DNA of 56,010 nucleotides. Origin: a virus (Duplodnaviria; Caudoviricetes). Positions 46,654 through 55,355 of this stretch are shown in pieces. Both the position numbers and the translations under genes were made by a program. Under the pieces are notes generated by a model. The model saw nothing but the letters and a program-made list of their open reading frames with translations. It had not been told where the DNA came from and searched no databases. Location of the stretch: the IMG/VR virus record IMGVR_UViG_3300045282_000096, positions 1 to 56,010 of that record; one strand, given 5' to 3'. Each line of letters starts with the position of its first letter. Within the stretch, counting starts at the first letter, position 1.

Positions 46654-48274
46654 GCGAGAGTACCAAACGAAGTGTGAGAACGCCATTTTCGAAGCGTGGA
46701 AAAAGTTTCAATCTACACTTGTCGAGATGGCCACTGGCTGCGGCAAGACCATTATATTCGCCAAGGTCATCAAGACAATGGCCCCGCGCCGCGCACTGGT
46801 GCTCGCCCATCGCAATGAGCTAATCGTTCAGGCAAAGGAGAAGATCGAGGCTGTCACCGGACTAAGTTGCCAGATTGAAAAGGCCGAACAATACGCGAGC
46901 ACCAACATCTTCGACCGCAGCCCGGTCGTCGTGTCCTCCATTCAAAGCCAGATTTCGGGTGATGCACTTCACCGCCGTTACATGCGATTCAAGCGTGATG
47001 AATTTGGCGTGGTGATTGCCGACGAATGTCACCACAGCACCTCCGCATCATGGAAAGAAGTCATCGGCTATTATCTCAGCAACAAGGAAACGAAGTTGCT
47101 TGGTGTCACTGCGACAGCAGATCGTTCGGATGGCGCTGCCCTTGGCCAGATGTTTCAATCGTGCGCATTCAAATACGGAATTCTGGACGCGATCAACGAC
47201 GGCTGGCTGGTGGACATTACCCAGCAGTTCGTGTCGGTAAAGTCGCTGGACTTCTCTCACATCAGGACGACGTGCGGGGATCTTAACGAAGGCGATCTGG
47301 CGAAGGTCATGGAAGCAGAGGAAAACATTCAAGGCGTTTGCCAGCCGACGCTGGAGGCAATTTTTGGCCTTGCGCCAAAGACTTTGAGCACGGTGCCTGT
47401 TCCTCAGTGGCGTGAGTATTTGAAGGCACTCAACAAAGTTCCACGTAGAACCATCGTGTTCACCGTGTCGGTGGCTCAAGCTGAGATGTGCGCGAACATC
47501 TTCCTACGTGCCATGGACGGCGTTGAGTGGGTGTGCGGTGAAACCAACAAACGGAAACGCGCCGACATTTTGAAACGATTTCTCATTGGAGAAACGTCGG
47601 TGGTCGTCAACTGCGGCGTGCTCACCGAGGGCTACGACAATCCTCAAGTGGAATTGATTTCAGTCGCTCGCCCCACCAAGAGCCGCTCTCTCTACTGCCA
47701 AATCATTGGGCGAAGCACACGCACATTGCCGGGGATCGTGGATGGTATTCCAACAGCAGATGATCGGCGCAAGGCGATTGCTGACAGCGCAAAACCCTTT
47801 TGCCGCATCCTGGATTTCGTTGGCAACAGTGGTCGTCACAAGATGGTGTCGTGCGTTGATGCTCTTGGCGGTCACGTCAGTGAAGCTGCTGCCGAAGCTG
47901 CGAAGAAAAAAGCGATGGATGGTGGCAAGCCGGTTCGCATTATGATCACGATGACTAATGCGGAGATTGAATTGGAGCGCAAGCGAGCAGAGGCAGCAGA
48001 GCGTGCGCGATTGGAGAAGGAAGCGCGGCGAAGTCACTTGGTTGCACGTTCAAATTACTCAACTCAGGACGTTGATCCATTCGGAAACACCTCAAAGATT
48101 CCATTCACCTCCAGAGTGTCACGCGATGGCCGCGCATTCTCCGACAAGCAGTGCAAGGTGCTACGCATCGCTGGCTGCGACCCAAACAAAGTCGCGTACC
48201 GACAGGGACAGGCAATCATCGCCAAACAAATTGCGAAGTGGCAGGCGGATAAAGATGCGAGGACGGCAGCATGA
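46643..48274 (+). CDS. Superfamily 2 DEXH helicase
   Basis: ATGCGKT, DECHH, GVTAT, LTEGYD.P, QIIGRSTR; AGGAG RBS. Confidence 0.92.
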   Translation: MFIEREYQTKCENAIFEAWKKFQSTLVEMATGCGKTIIFAKVIKTMAPRRALVLAHRNELIVQAKEKIEAVTGLSCQIEKAEQYASTNIFDRSPVVVSSIQSQISGDALHRRYMRFKRDEFGVVIADECHHSTSASWKEVIGYYLSNKETKLLGVTATADRSDGAALGQMFQSCAFKYGILDAINDGWLVDITQQFVSVKSLDFSHIRTTCGDLNEGDLAKVMEAEENIQGVCQPTLEAIFGLAPKTLSTVPVPQWREYLKALNKVPRRTIVFTVSVAQAEMCANIFLRAMDGVEWVCGETNKRKRADILKRFLIGETSVVVNCGVLTEGYDNPQVELISVARPTKSRSLYCQIIGRSTRTLPGIVDGIPTADDRRKAIADSAKPFCRILDFVGNSGRHKMVSCVDALGGHVSEAAAEAAKKKAMDGGKPVRIMITMTNAEIELERKRAEAAERARLEKEARRSHLVARSNYSTQDVDPFGNTSKIPFTSRVSRDGRAFSDKQCKVLRIAGCDPNKVAYRQGQAIIAKQIAKWQADKDARTAA

Positions 48275-48777
48275 CTTGGGTTCGAGTTACCAAACAGTTC
48301 CCTTGTGGGATTTGCAAGCGTCCCGACTGGTGCACTTACTGCCCTGACTCCAAATCGTGGTGCTGCATGAGGGTCCATTCTGCGCGCCCGGCAAAAAATG
48401 GGGGATTTTGGCATAGTTTGGGAGAAAAACCCACGTTTATACCTCGCCCCGCGCCCGCCGCGCCTGAAATCGACGCTGGTGCCCTCATGCAACGCTTTCG
48501 GTCGAACACCCGGCCTGAACACCTCGACCGACTATCGAGAAACTTGGGTGTCTCGACCGACTCTTTAACCCGCACGGGTTGCGCGTGGGCGGGTTGCCAT
48601 AACGCTTTTGCGTTTCCCATGTTCAACAGTGCTGGTCATGTGGTTGGAATACGCCTTCGAAATGATCGTGGTGAAAAATGGGCCGTGCGTGGTGGACATG
48701 AGGGGCTTTTCATTCCCGACTATTTGGTTTCACGATTGACAAACGGTCACTTAAAATGGGAGAGTTGTTCAGGCTAA
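48271..48777 (+). CDS. DnaG-type primase, N-terminal half (zinc-binding and N-terminal catalytic part)
   Basis: CGIC..PDWC...C.R, FPM....G.VVGIRLR...G.K...G...GLF. Confidence 0.75.
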   Translation: MTWVRVTKQFPCGICKRPDWCTYCPDSKSWCCMRVHSARPAKNGGFWHSLGEKPTFIPRPAPAAPEIDAGALMQRFRSNTRPEHLDRLSRNLGVSTDSLTRTGCAWAGCHNAFAFPMFNSAGHVVGIRLRNDRGEKWAVRGGHEGLFIPDYLVSRLTNGHLKWESCSG

Positions 48778-48862
48778 GAATGAGTGCTAGAAGTTTCAGA
48801 ACTGTCAACGGCGCAATCTTCACCGATTGCTCATTCTTAGCCGAATCCGTTGGCAGTTTTGA
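48772..48862 (+). ncRNA. Crossing-helix RNA leader of the endonuclease
   Basis: 14-bp P1 48772-85/48829-42 and 16-bp P2 48796-811/48847-62, with G-U pairs. Confidence 0.65.
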
Positions 48863-48884
48863 GGTTTCAATTCAAAGGAATCCA

Positions 48885-49394
48885 ATGTCAAAATTTATTG
48901 ACCTTAGCGGTCAAACTTTTGATTGTCTCAAGGTAATTAAAAGAGGTTACAACACCCGAAAGGGAGCGGCTCAGTTTTGGTGTTTGTGCTCGTGCGGAAT
49001 TGGGGAATTAAAAACTTCTCGTGGTTTGTTAAAAAAAGATTCGAAGCGCTGCTTGTTCTGTAATGGTAAAGAGCACTCCATCAGAACAAAAACAAGGAGC
49101 ACTCGTCATGGGCATTGCACCCACACCAATCAATCCCGTGAATATAAATCGTGGGCGAGCATGAAAAAACGGTGCTTGAATCCCAACGATTCCAAATTTG
49201 ATGACTATGGTGGGAGGGGAATAACTATCTGCGAGAGTTGGTTGAAGTTTGAGAACTTTTTTGCCGACATGGGAAATAGGCCAGCAGGTCTTACGTTGGA
49301 TAGAATAGATAACGATGGAAATTACGAACCCGGAAACTGCAAGTGGAGCACATGGAGCGAGCAACAGAAAAATAAAAGAGCCGCGAAGTTATGA
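48885..49394 (+). CDS. HNH-like homing endonuclease inserted into the primase
   Basis: AAGGA RBS; MSKFIDLSGQTF, W.C.C.CG, YGGRGI.IC, LDRIDNDGNYEPGNCKW. Confidence 0.88.
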   Translation: MSKFIDLSGQTFDCLKVIKRGYNTRKGAAQFWCLCSCGIGELKTSRGLLKKDSKRCLFCNGKEHSIRTKTRSTRHGHCTHTNQSREYKSWASMKKRCLNPNDSKFDDYGGRGITICESWLKFENFFADMGNRPAGLTLDRIDNDGNYEPGNCKWSTWSEQQKNKRAAKL

Positions 49395-49723
49395 TTCAAA
49401 CAATTTACATTGTGGAGGGCTGCACAGATCTAGCCGCTGCACTTACATTAGGATTAAATGCTATTGGCCGTCCGAGTTGTCGCGGGAGCGTGTCGCATAC
49501 GCAAGTGGCTATCAATCGCCTTCACATTCAACGAGCCATCCTCATCAGCGACAACGATGGTCCGGGGATTGAGGGGGCCAAAGCCCTCACCGGTGAGTTA
49601 CAGATCCCCGTCGCGGCGATGCTGTTACCGGCGAAAGATTTGAGACAGTTCCTGGCCTATGGAGGGACGAGGATGCTGCTGGATAGTTTGGAGCGGCAGT
49701 TGGTGTGGAGGCAACCTGCTTGA
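49391..49723 (+). CDS. Primase TOPRIM half
   Basis: YIVEG.TD, ISDND..G..GA, P.KDLR. Confidence 0.8.
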   Translation: MIQTIYIVEGCTDLAAALTLGLNAIGRPSCRGSVSHTQVAINRLHIQRAILISDNDGPGIEGAKALTGELQIPVAAMLLPAKDLRQFLAYGGTRMLLDSLERQLVWRQPA

Positions 49724-49749
49724 CAATGAGATTTGGTTTGATAAATTCA

Positions 49750-50071
49750 GTGTGTTCAATTGGCACTACGCCGCGAACACATGAAAAACAATTTAGAGAC
49801 GATGGATCAGTCGCCGCAAGGCCGATTGAACACCTACCTAAACATGCGCTCGCGTGGTGGCGACTTCCGTCGAATCTTCCCCGTTGCTTAACCGCTTCGG
49901 GGGTTCTTTGCCGTTTGAACCGTGAGACAGCCTCACGGTATACGGTCGCTGAAACATGCGTGGCCCCGCTTCGGCGGGTGCTGCGGTTAGGGTACGCGAG
50001 GACATACCGACTCACCGGCCAACGAAAGGGAAAAGTTGTGGCTCTTGAACGGGCTACACCTTTTCTTTTTT
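49750..50071 (+). ncRNA. Large structured non-coding RNA or origin-associated element
   Basis: Promoter TTGACA 49721 / TGATAAAT, many helices, a UUCG hairpin and a terminator-like end. Confidence 0.5.
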
Positions 50072-50225
50072 GGCTCTCACTTTATGGATGGCGCATAGCA
50101 GTGTCCCCACAAACCCATTGCCGTGCTTTCAACTCAGGAACACCTGACCAATTGGAAACCATCCTGGTTCTTTCTGGGGGGTCTTTCTGTTTTCTGCTCT
50201 GTCTTTTCTCTTTTACATTCTTCTT

Positions 50226-50522
50226 ATGAGAGGCCTTCGTCACGGTCCTTGGCTCCAATTCGTTCCCATGCACAACGAGATTACGAACATCAATGTGTAT
50301 CCGCACACGCCGGAAGAAATCGAAGCTGAACGTCGGTATCGCATTGAAGAACGCCTTGGAATTATGTGCGGTGCTGATGCTCCGACTGATGAGCAGTTGG
50401 AGATTGCTGTGCGTGAGGCTGATGAGTGGGTGAGAGATTATCTCACTCGCTGTCCTTCCACTCCCACTCGCAGCCAAGCTTCTCCAAGTCATTCTTCGCC
50501 TCAGACGGAGTTCGGCCCATGA
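50226..50522 (+). CDS. Hypothetical phage protein (YR.EERLGI.C family)
   Basis: ERRYRIEERLGIMCG...PT.EQ..IA..EAD. Confidence 0.55.
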   Translation: MRGLRHGPWLQFVPMHNEITNINVYPHTPEEIEAERRYRIEERLGIMCGADAPTDEQLEIAVREADEWVRDYLTRCPSTPTRSQASPSHSSPQTEFGP

Positions 50523-50636
50523 GGAAGCACAGTCGGCCTTTGGATGGTCCGACGCACGTCCAGCAGCCTTCGAATAGAATCCATTTGAAGACGCCACTCC
50601 AGTATTTGTTGGAGGCGTGAAGGTAGCGGGTTTTAC

Positions 50637-51434
50637 TCATCTCGCACACCACGAGCACATTGACGCTCGTTGTTTCCCATTCCGAGTATCCTTCGGCACT
50701 CGACCACGTTCAAATTCCAATCTCAAACCCTTCATGGAAGCAGGCCATGTGTCACGCTGGTCTGAACGAAATGTAAATCCAGTGAATGACTCGTAAGCCT
50801 CCCCTTCCTGCCATCGGTCAGGATGGTCCCGCCAAAGTTCGAACCACTCAATGAGTCGTTGGTAAAAGCAAATATCACAGTCGGTTCGCGGTGGAATCGT
50901 GACTCCTTTTTCTTTCAGATACGACTTCACCTTTTCCAGCCCCCAACCCCAACGAACCAAAGGAAAATCCTGAGTGATGCCATCAATACCTTTCCAGTCG
51001 GTGCCTTCTCGTGGGGCGTCACCAACCACCTCATCAGCACGAATTCCAATGCAGGTTGTGGCTGGAGACTGAGATGCCGCCCACGCCATGAATGGTTGAA
51101 TCTTGACCGTGCGGGTACACCACCTCATTTGGAAATTGGGCAGCGCACGCTGGCGAATTATCAAGTCGTTCAGCGTCGGAGCCGGAACCCGAATCAAGGG
51201 CGCGTTTAGTAAATCCTCCAATCGTTTCCAGTGGTCTATCATTACTGGCAACTCTCGTCCTGTTGGAGTAATCGCAAATGAATAATCGTGGCGAGGCTCC
51301 AGTTCTCGCAAGGCAATCGCCATGGCCGTGGAGTCTTTTCCGCCAGATACCCCAACCAGACGCTTGGTGGGCTGTTTGAATCCGCTCTCTGCCCAATCCA
51401 AGTAACCTTCGGGACTGTAATTCTCTGTTTTCAT
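50637..51434 (-). CDS. PAPS-reductase (PP-loop) family protein
   Basis: SGGKDS, TG.E.P, RWCT...KI.P, GIRADE, PL..WG, DC..C.YQ. Confidence 0.85.
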   Translation of the reverse strand: MKTENYSPEGYLDWAESGFKQPTKRLVGVSGGKDSTAMAIALRELEPRHDYSFAITPTGRELPVMIDHWKRLEDLLNAPLIRVPAPTLNDLIIRQRALPNFQMRWCTRTVKIQPFMAWAASQSPATTCIGIRADEVVGDAPREGTDWKGIDGITQDFPLVRWGWGLEKVKSYLKEKGVTIPPRTDCDICFYQRLIEWFELWRDHPDRWQEGEAYESFTGFTFRSDQRDTWPASMKGLRLEFERGRVPKDTRNGKQRASMCSWCAR

Positions 51435-51622
51435 CCCACCTGTTTCAAGATGCGTTCGAGGGTTTCGAGTGTTCTCTCGGTATCAACATCGCGTCGCTTA
51501 ATGTCGCGCTTCCAGAACCATGTTCGGTATTCATCCCTCAACAATTTCAGCGTGAGAATGTCGTCGGGGGTGAGGGAGACGAATGTGTGGGTTTGGATTT
51601 TGGTTGAGGGTGTGGGGTGCAT
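51431..51622 (-). CDS. Small hypothetical protein
   Basis: Coupled ORF. Confidence 0.4.
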   Translation of the reverse strand: MHPTPSTKIQTHTFVSLTPDDILTLKLLRDEYRTWFWKRDIKRRDVDTERTLETLERILKQVG

Positions 51623-51624
51623 GG

Positions 51625-51963
51625 TTATTTCATGTCTTCGATGACGTGTACGATTTGACAAGCCTGACATTCTTTTACCGGGAGTTCTTTTGAAACCTTA
51701 ATACTCGCTCCGTGATTCAGGCACCACGCCAACCACCATTCACGAGGAGTTCTCCTAACGCGCACCTCCCATGATGCTGTATCAAACAGAATTGAGATTG
51801 AGCCTTCCCATGGGTCCCAGTGTTCGGGGGGTTGGTAAATATCTTTCTTTCTGCGTTGTTCAAGTGGTTTGCTTTCGATGATGGCGTCAATGAGGCCAGT
51901 ATCTTTGAGGTGTTTTAGGATTTGTGAGAGTTGGTGCATGGTTAGTGGAATGTTTCGTCGCAA
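51625..51963 (-). CDS. Hypothetical protein
   Basis: R.PREWW...IVHV.E pattern. Confidence 0.5.
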   Translation of the reverse strand: MRRNIPLTMHQLSQILKHLKDTGLIDAIIESKPLEQRRKKDIYQPPEHWDPWEGSISILFDTASWEVRVRRTPREWWLAWCLNHGASIKVSKELPVKECQACQIVHVIEDMK

Positions 51964-52169
51964 TCGCAGCGTATGTGTGCCATCACTTCCATCATCCAGT
52001 CAAGGCACCACGATTCTTCTTTCTTTGAGGCGATCCCTTGTTCTCCAGTGTGAATGCCTTCCCGGTCGGCAATGACAATGTAGCGAAAATCTTTTTCACC
52101 GAACAACATGAACAAACGCTCGTAATCATCGGGGATTTTGAAATTCGGTTGGATGGTACGGAGGGGCAC
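51942..52169 (-). CDS. Hypothetical protein
   Basis: First gene after the leftward promoter. Confidence 0.45.
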   Translation of the reverse strand: MPLRTIQPNFKIPDDYERLFMLFGEKDFRYIVIADREGIHTGEQGIASKKEESWCLDWMMEVMAHIRCDCDETFH

Positions 52170-52184
52170 AATTCACGAAAGGTG

Positions 52185-52231
52185 TTGACACATAACGGCG
52201 TGATGATAAATACCTAGTAGTTATGTGTCAA
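52185..52231. promoter_or_regulatory. Face-to-face promoters bounded by the perfect inverted repeat TTGACACATAAC
   Basis: Plus strand TTGACA-N16-TAAATA; minus strand TTGACA-N17-TATCAT. Confidence 0.75.
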
Positions 52232-52700
52232 GACGTATTACAGTGCGTCAAAGCGTTCGCCGCTGTGCGAACCCGCCGTGAGGCGTCTTCAACACATAAC
52301 ACCCCGTCGCTCTCCAAGCCTCGGGGATTTTTCACTATGGCAAGGCCCTCAGAAGCTTATCCTGTGAACTTCGGCTGTCATGGAACGGGAGTGTCTTTCT
52401 GTCCTCCCCTAACCTTCCTCAAAGGCATTCGTGCCCTTGGAAACCGGAACATGCTCCAGTCTCAGCAACCCCGTCCTGTGGCCACCCGCTGCCGGTCGAG
52501 ATGCGAATCACCCCACACAAAAGGTCTGTCCGCACAGTGAAAACGTAGCCCAATCTCCGACGCCTGATTACCAGTCAGGCTTGTGCAAGGTTCGATTGGA
52601 ACCGGGTTCGGAAGCTCTCCGACAAAAACCCGGACTTCTTCTAACGTGTGGGGTGTATTCTGCTCCGATGACTTTCTGACTTCGAACGTCCCACTGTTCG
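52220..52700 (+). ncRNA. Extended structured non-coding region
   Basis: Multiple helices, e.g. GAATCACCCCACAC/GTGTGGGGTGTATTC; no convincing ORF. Confidence 0.45.
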
Positions 52701-52976
52701 GAATCGCATCTCCGTCGTTCGCTCACAACCGTGTTCGAGCCAGCGAAGAAATCTGTTCTCTCATTGTGGACTTCGGCAGCACCCTTCTCGGGTCGTGCGG
52801 TCGTGGTGAAAAGATCAGCCAGAAAAATGGGCTTGGGAAATTGTGGGGTATTTGACCACCCGCGCCGGCCCAACGTTTCGGGGGCCAGGGCCGGTATACA
52901 CCCCACGGTTACGGATTTACAAGAGATTCCTTAAGCATGCTTTCTCCGTGACAATGGGCAGGGTTTCTGACAGGGT

Positions 52977-53252
52977 GTGGGGATGGACTCAGAAACGATT
53001 GGCAACGATGACTTGTGTGCATGGCAGGTTGCGCGGGGTGTGACCTGGGTGCAGACTCGCAATCCAAAGCACGCCAATAGGCTGGCAAGGCGACAGGATT
53101 CAAGGCTGGTTGCTCATGGCGTGGCTGGCGGATACCTAAGAACCTTTGAGTTTATCCAACCCCTGTCATGGGCAAGGCGGTTAATCGACCGTTACACTTC
53201 CAATGTCCCAGTCACTAATGACGCGGGAAACTTAATAGAACCCCTCACGTAG
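52977..53252 (+). CDS. Hypothetical protein
   Basis: Protein-like 91-aa ORF (LCAWQV...WVQTR...GGYLRTFE). Confidence 0.55.
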   Translation: MGMDSETIGNDDLCAWQVARGVTWVQTRNPKHANRLARRQDSRLVAHGVAGGYLRTFEFIQPLSWARRLIDRYTSNVPVTNDAGNLIEPLT

Positions 53253-53838
53253 GCGATTTGACATCCTGAACGGGTAAAGGGGCACAAACACCACTTTCGG
53301 GTGAAATCATACCTTCTGCCTTGACCCCAGACGCACTTTGATCAACTGGGCTAACAGATTGTATGGTCGAAATTGGAGCGACTTTTGCCATGGGTGCGAC
53401 ATGGGCTAAGTGTGGTTTTTTCGTGGATTTATGACTTTTGGGATTGTGGCCGAGAAGGGATTGCCAACACTCGAATGCATCCTTGGCTGCACGTGCCCAT
53501 TGAGCAGCTTCTTTTCCGCTCGTGGAAGCAACGCAAGCAGCCATACATCTTCGGTATTGCCTCAGTGAAGCCGATATGAGAGCGGCAATCTCTACTGTTG
53601 CGCTAGGGATTTGACCTGCCTTTTGGAATTCCAGTGCAGAGCGTTGCCGGGCTTGGCGGTTTAGCTGTCGGGCAATGTGACCTTTAATTGATGCGGCCTT
53701 ACCCGTTTCAGAATTGAACGGTGGACGATAACCAGGGAGTATCGGGGGTAATGGCTTGGATGGTAGCGTGCCCTTTGTTTTGGCATTAGCTTGATCGCAC
53801 TTCTCCAATACTTGAAGTTGTCTGTCTCTCGTTTTCAT
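53245..53838 (-). CDS. Putative terminase small subunit-like protein
   Basis: PF.SET.KAA..KG..AR N-terminal motif seen in TerS-like proteins; own promoter TTGACA-N17-TTTAGT. Confidence 0.35.
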   Translation of the reverse strand: MKTRDRQLQVLEKCDQANAKTKGTLPSKPLPPILPGYRPPFNSETGKAASIKGHIARQLNRQARQRSALEFQKAGQIPSATVEIAALISASLRQYRRCMAACVASTSGKEAAQWARAAKDAFECWQSLLGHNPKSHKSTKKPHLAHVAPMAKVAPISTIQSVSPVDQSASGVKAEGMISPESGVCAPLPVQDVKSPT

Positions 53839-53976
53839 CTTCCACACACTAAACACCATTGTGCGAAATATGTCAAGAAAGTATTTGACACTTTTGTGCG
53901 GAGTGTGCTAAAGTGTCATTGTCATGCAAAACACTACTTCAAACGAGACGGCGAACACGGATACTGAGTGAGGATT

Positions 53977-54207
53977 ATGAAAACAAACGAATCAATTGGG
54001 AACATTTCAGCCGAAAAACTCAACCGGGCTTTGCGGCGATGTCACGAACGCCAATTTGCTGGCGAAGATTGGCAGGCCGTTGCAATTGATGCTTGGAACG
54101 AATTTGGGAGTCCCGATGGCGACGAGGTATTTAACTTTCTCACCAGCACGCCAGACCACGGCTGTGATTGCGGATTTTGTGCTCACGCAGCATGGCAAGA
54201 CTACTGA
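53977..54207 (+). CDS. Hypothetical protein
   Basis: GAGGA RBS; CDCGFC. Confidence 0.5.
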   Translation: MKTNESIGNISAEKLNRALRRCHERQFAGEDWQAVAIDAWNEFGSPDGDEVFNFLTSTPDHGCDCGFCAHAAWQDY

Positions 54208-54275
54208 CCTCCCCATTCCACCCCTCCCCAAATGGGGGTGGACTGAGGCGATCGTGCCTTAACGAAAGAATCAAT

Positions 54276-54633
54276 ATGACAACTACCGAACTAAGAAGGC
54301 TTCAACACTTTGTTGGAGCAATCGAACTACAGCCCGAAACAATGCTGGCCATTGCCAAACTCGATCCGAAGTGCGTTGACGCACATTCGACAAGGTTAGG
54401 CATTAACGATGCGGAACCACTGCTTGTCGCCATGGACGGCCTCTTGCGCTACGCCAAGGCATACGAGAAACGGTTTGAGGGCAAGCTGGCGGAGGATTAC
54501 GCCCTTGGTGATTATTGGGTTGATGCAATCAAAGGACTTCACGGCCTGCTTAAGTAATGGGGTAATTGAGGAGATATATCACGCTGCGTTGAAAACCGCC
54601 GGATTCAATGACCAAGGCGAAAGGGGCGACTAA
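54276..54633 (+). pseudogene. Hypothetical gene with apparent frameshift or internal deletion near 54550
   Basis: The frame stops at 54557, while a protein-like continuation (SNGVIEEIYHAALKTAGF) lies in another frame. Confidence 0.35.
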
Positions 54634-54735
54634 CCCAGGACCAGAAAGCGGTTGTCTAGCTCTCGGTAAAATCTTTCGTAGAAACTTCGTAGAAAATCAT
54701 TGACAGAAACTCTCAAATGTGATTTTATTATTCGC

Positions 54736-54897
54736 GTGAAGCTACAGGACAAAGTTAAGAGGCTTAAACCCGGTAGGAGTTTTTATGTAAAGAGCGATAC
54801 GGAGCGCAAAGAGGCGTTGAAGATCGCTGGCATACTGGACTTTAGAATCAGGACCGCTCTCGGGTTGAGGGGTTTCAAAGTAACAAGAGTTTTATGA
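54736..54897 (+). CDS. Small basic DNA-binding-like protein
   Basis: LKPG.SF.V...F.V.RV; TTGACA at 54700, preceded by the tandem repeat TTCGTAGAAA. Confidence 0.55.
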   Translation: MKLQDKVKRLKPGRSFYVKSDTERKEALKIAGILDFRIRTALGLRGFKVTRVL

Positions 54898-55054
54898 TTT
54901 GCTTGGGAGTAAATTCTGGTGACGACCGGCAAGTAAAGACTGCGATAAATACTCCAAAACGCAGTTTAGCGTGGGCCTGCGGGCTGGTTAATGGTCCCGG
55001 TAAAACACTGCGACTCCAGGCGAAGATCAGCACACGCTCTTTAATTTCAAGTGT

Positions 55055-55222
55055 ATGAAAATCTTCATCGTCATCTCCTCTGGCTGCGTCTCTGCCGTTT
55101 ACGCTGACTCAAACGCGGTTGAAGTGGAAATCATCGACCAGGATTCGCAAGAGGAAGGCGAGCGCGAAAGGCTGTTGACGCGAGAGGATGAAATTGCGGG
55201 GGAATTTGTTAAGGTCGCATGA
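55055..55222 (+). CDS. 55-aa acidic hypothetical protein
   Basis: Read manually: MKIFIVISSGCVSAVYAD..VEVEIID.D. Confidence 0.55.
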   Translation: MKIFIVISSGCVSAVYADSNAVEVEIIDQDSQEEGERERLLTREDEIAGEFVKVA

Positions 55223-55353
55223 AATCTCTAATACTTTACGGCTCACCAACGAAGCTGACCAACTCGCCTGTTGGCATCGACCAAGCCCTTGTGAAGGCTG
55301 GTCAAGGAATGATGGAAGGCGAAACCGTTCTTAATACCGTTCCTATAGAATAA
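55219..55353 (+). CDS. 44-aa hypothetical protein
   Basis: Coupled between neighbours. Confidence 0.35.
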   Translation: MKSLILYGSPTKLTNSPVGIDQALVKAGQGMMEGETVLNTVPIE

Positions 55354-55355
55354 TT

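Noticed and set aside
48720-49394. Group I intron or intein in the primase
   Set aside because: No P7-type core or 3' intron sequence is present, the insert is out of frame, and splice-junction residues are absent.
49705-50229. 174-aa ORF over the structured region
   Set aside because: Composition is not protein-like, it overlaps a promoter and a terminator, and it is better explained as structured nucleic acid.
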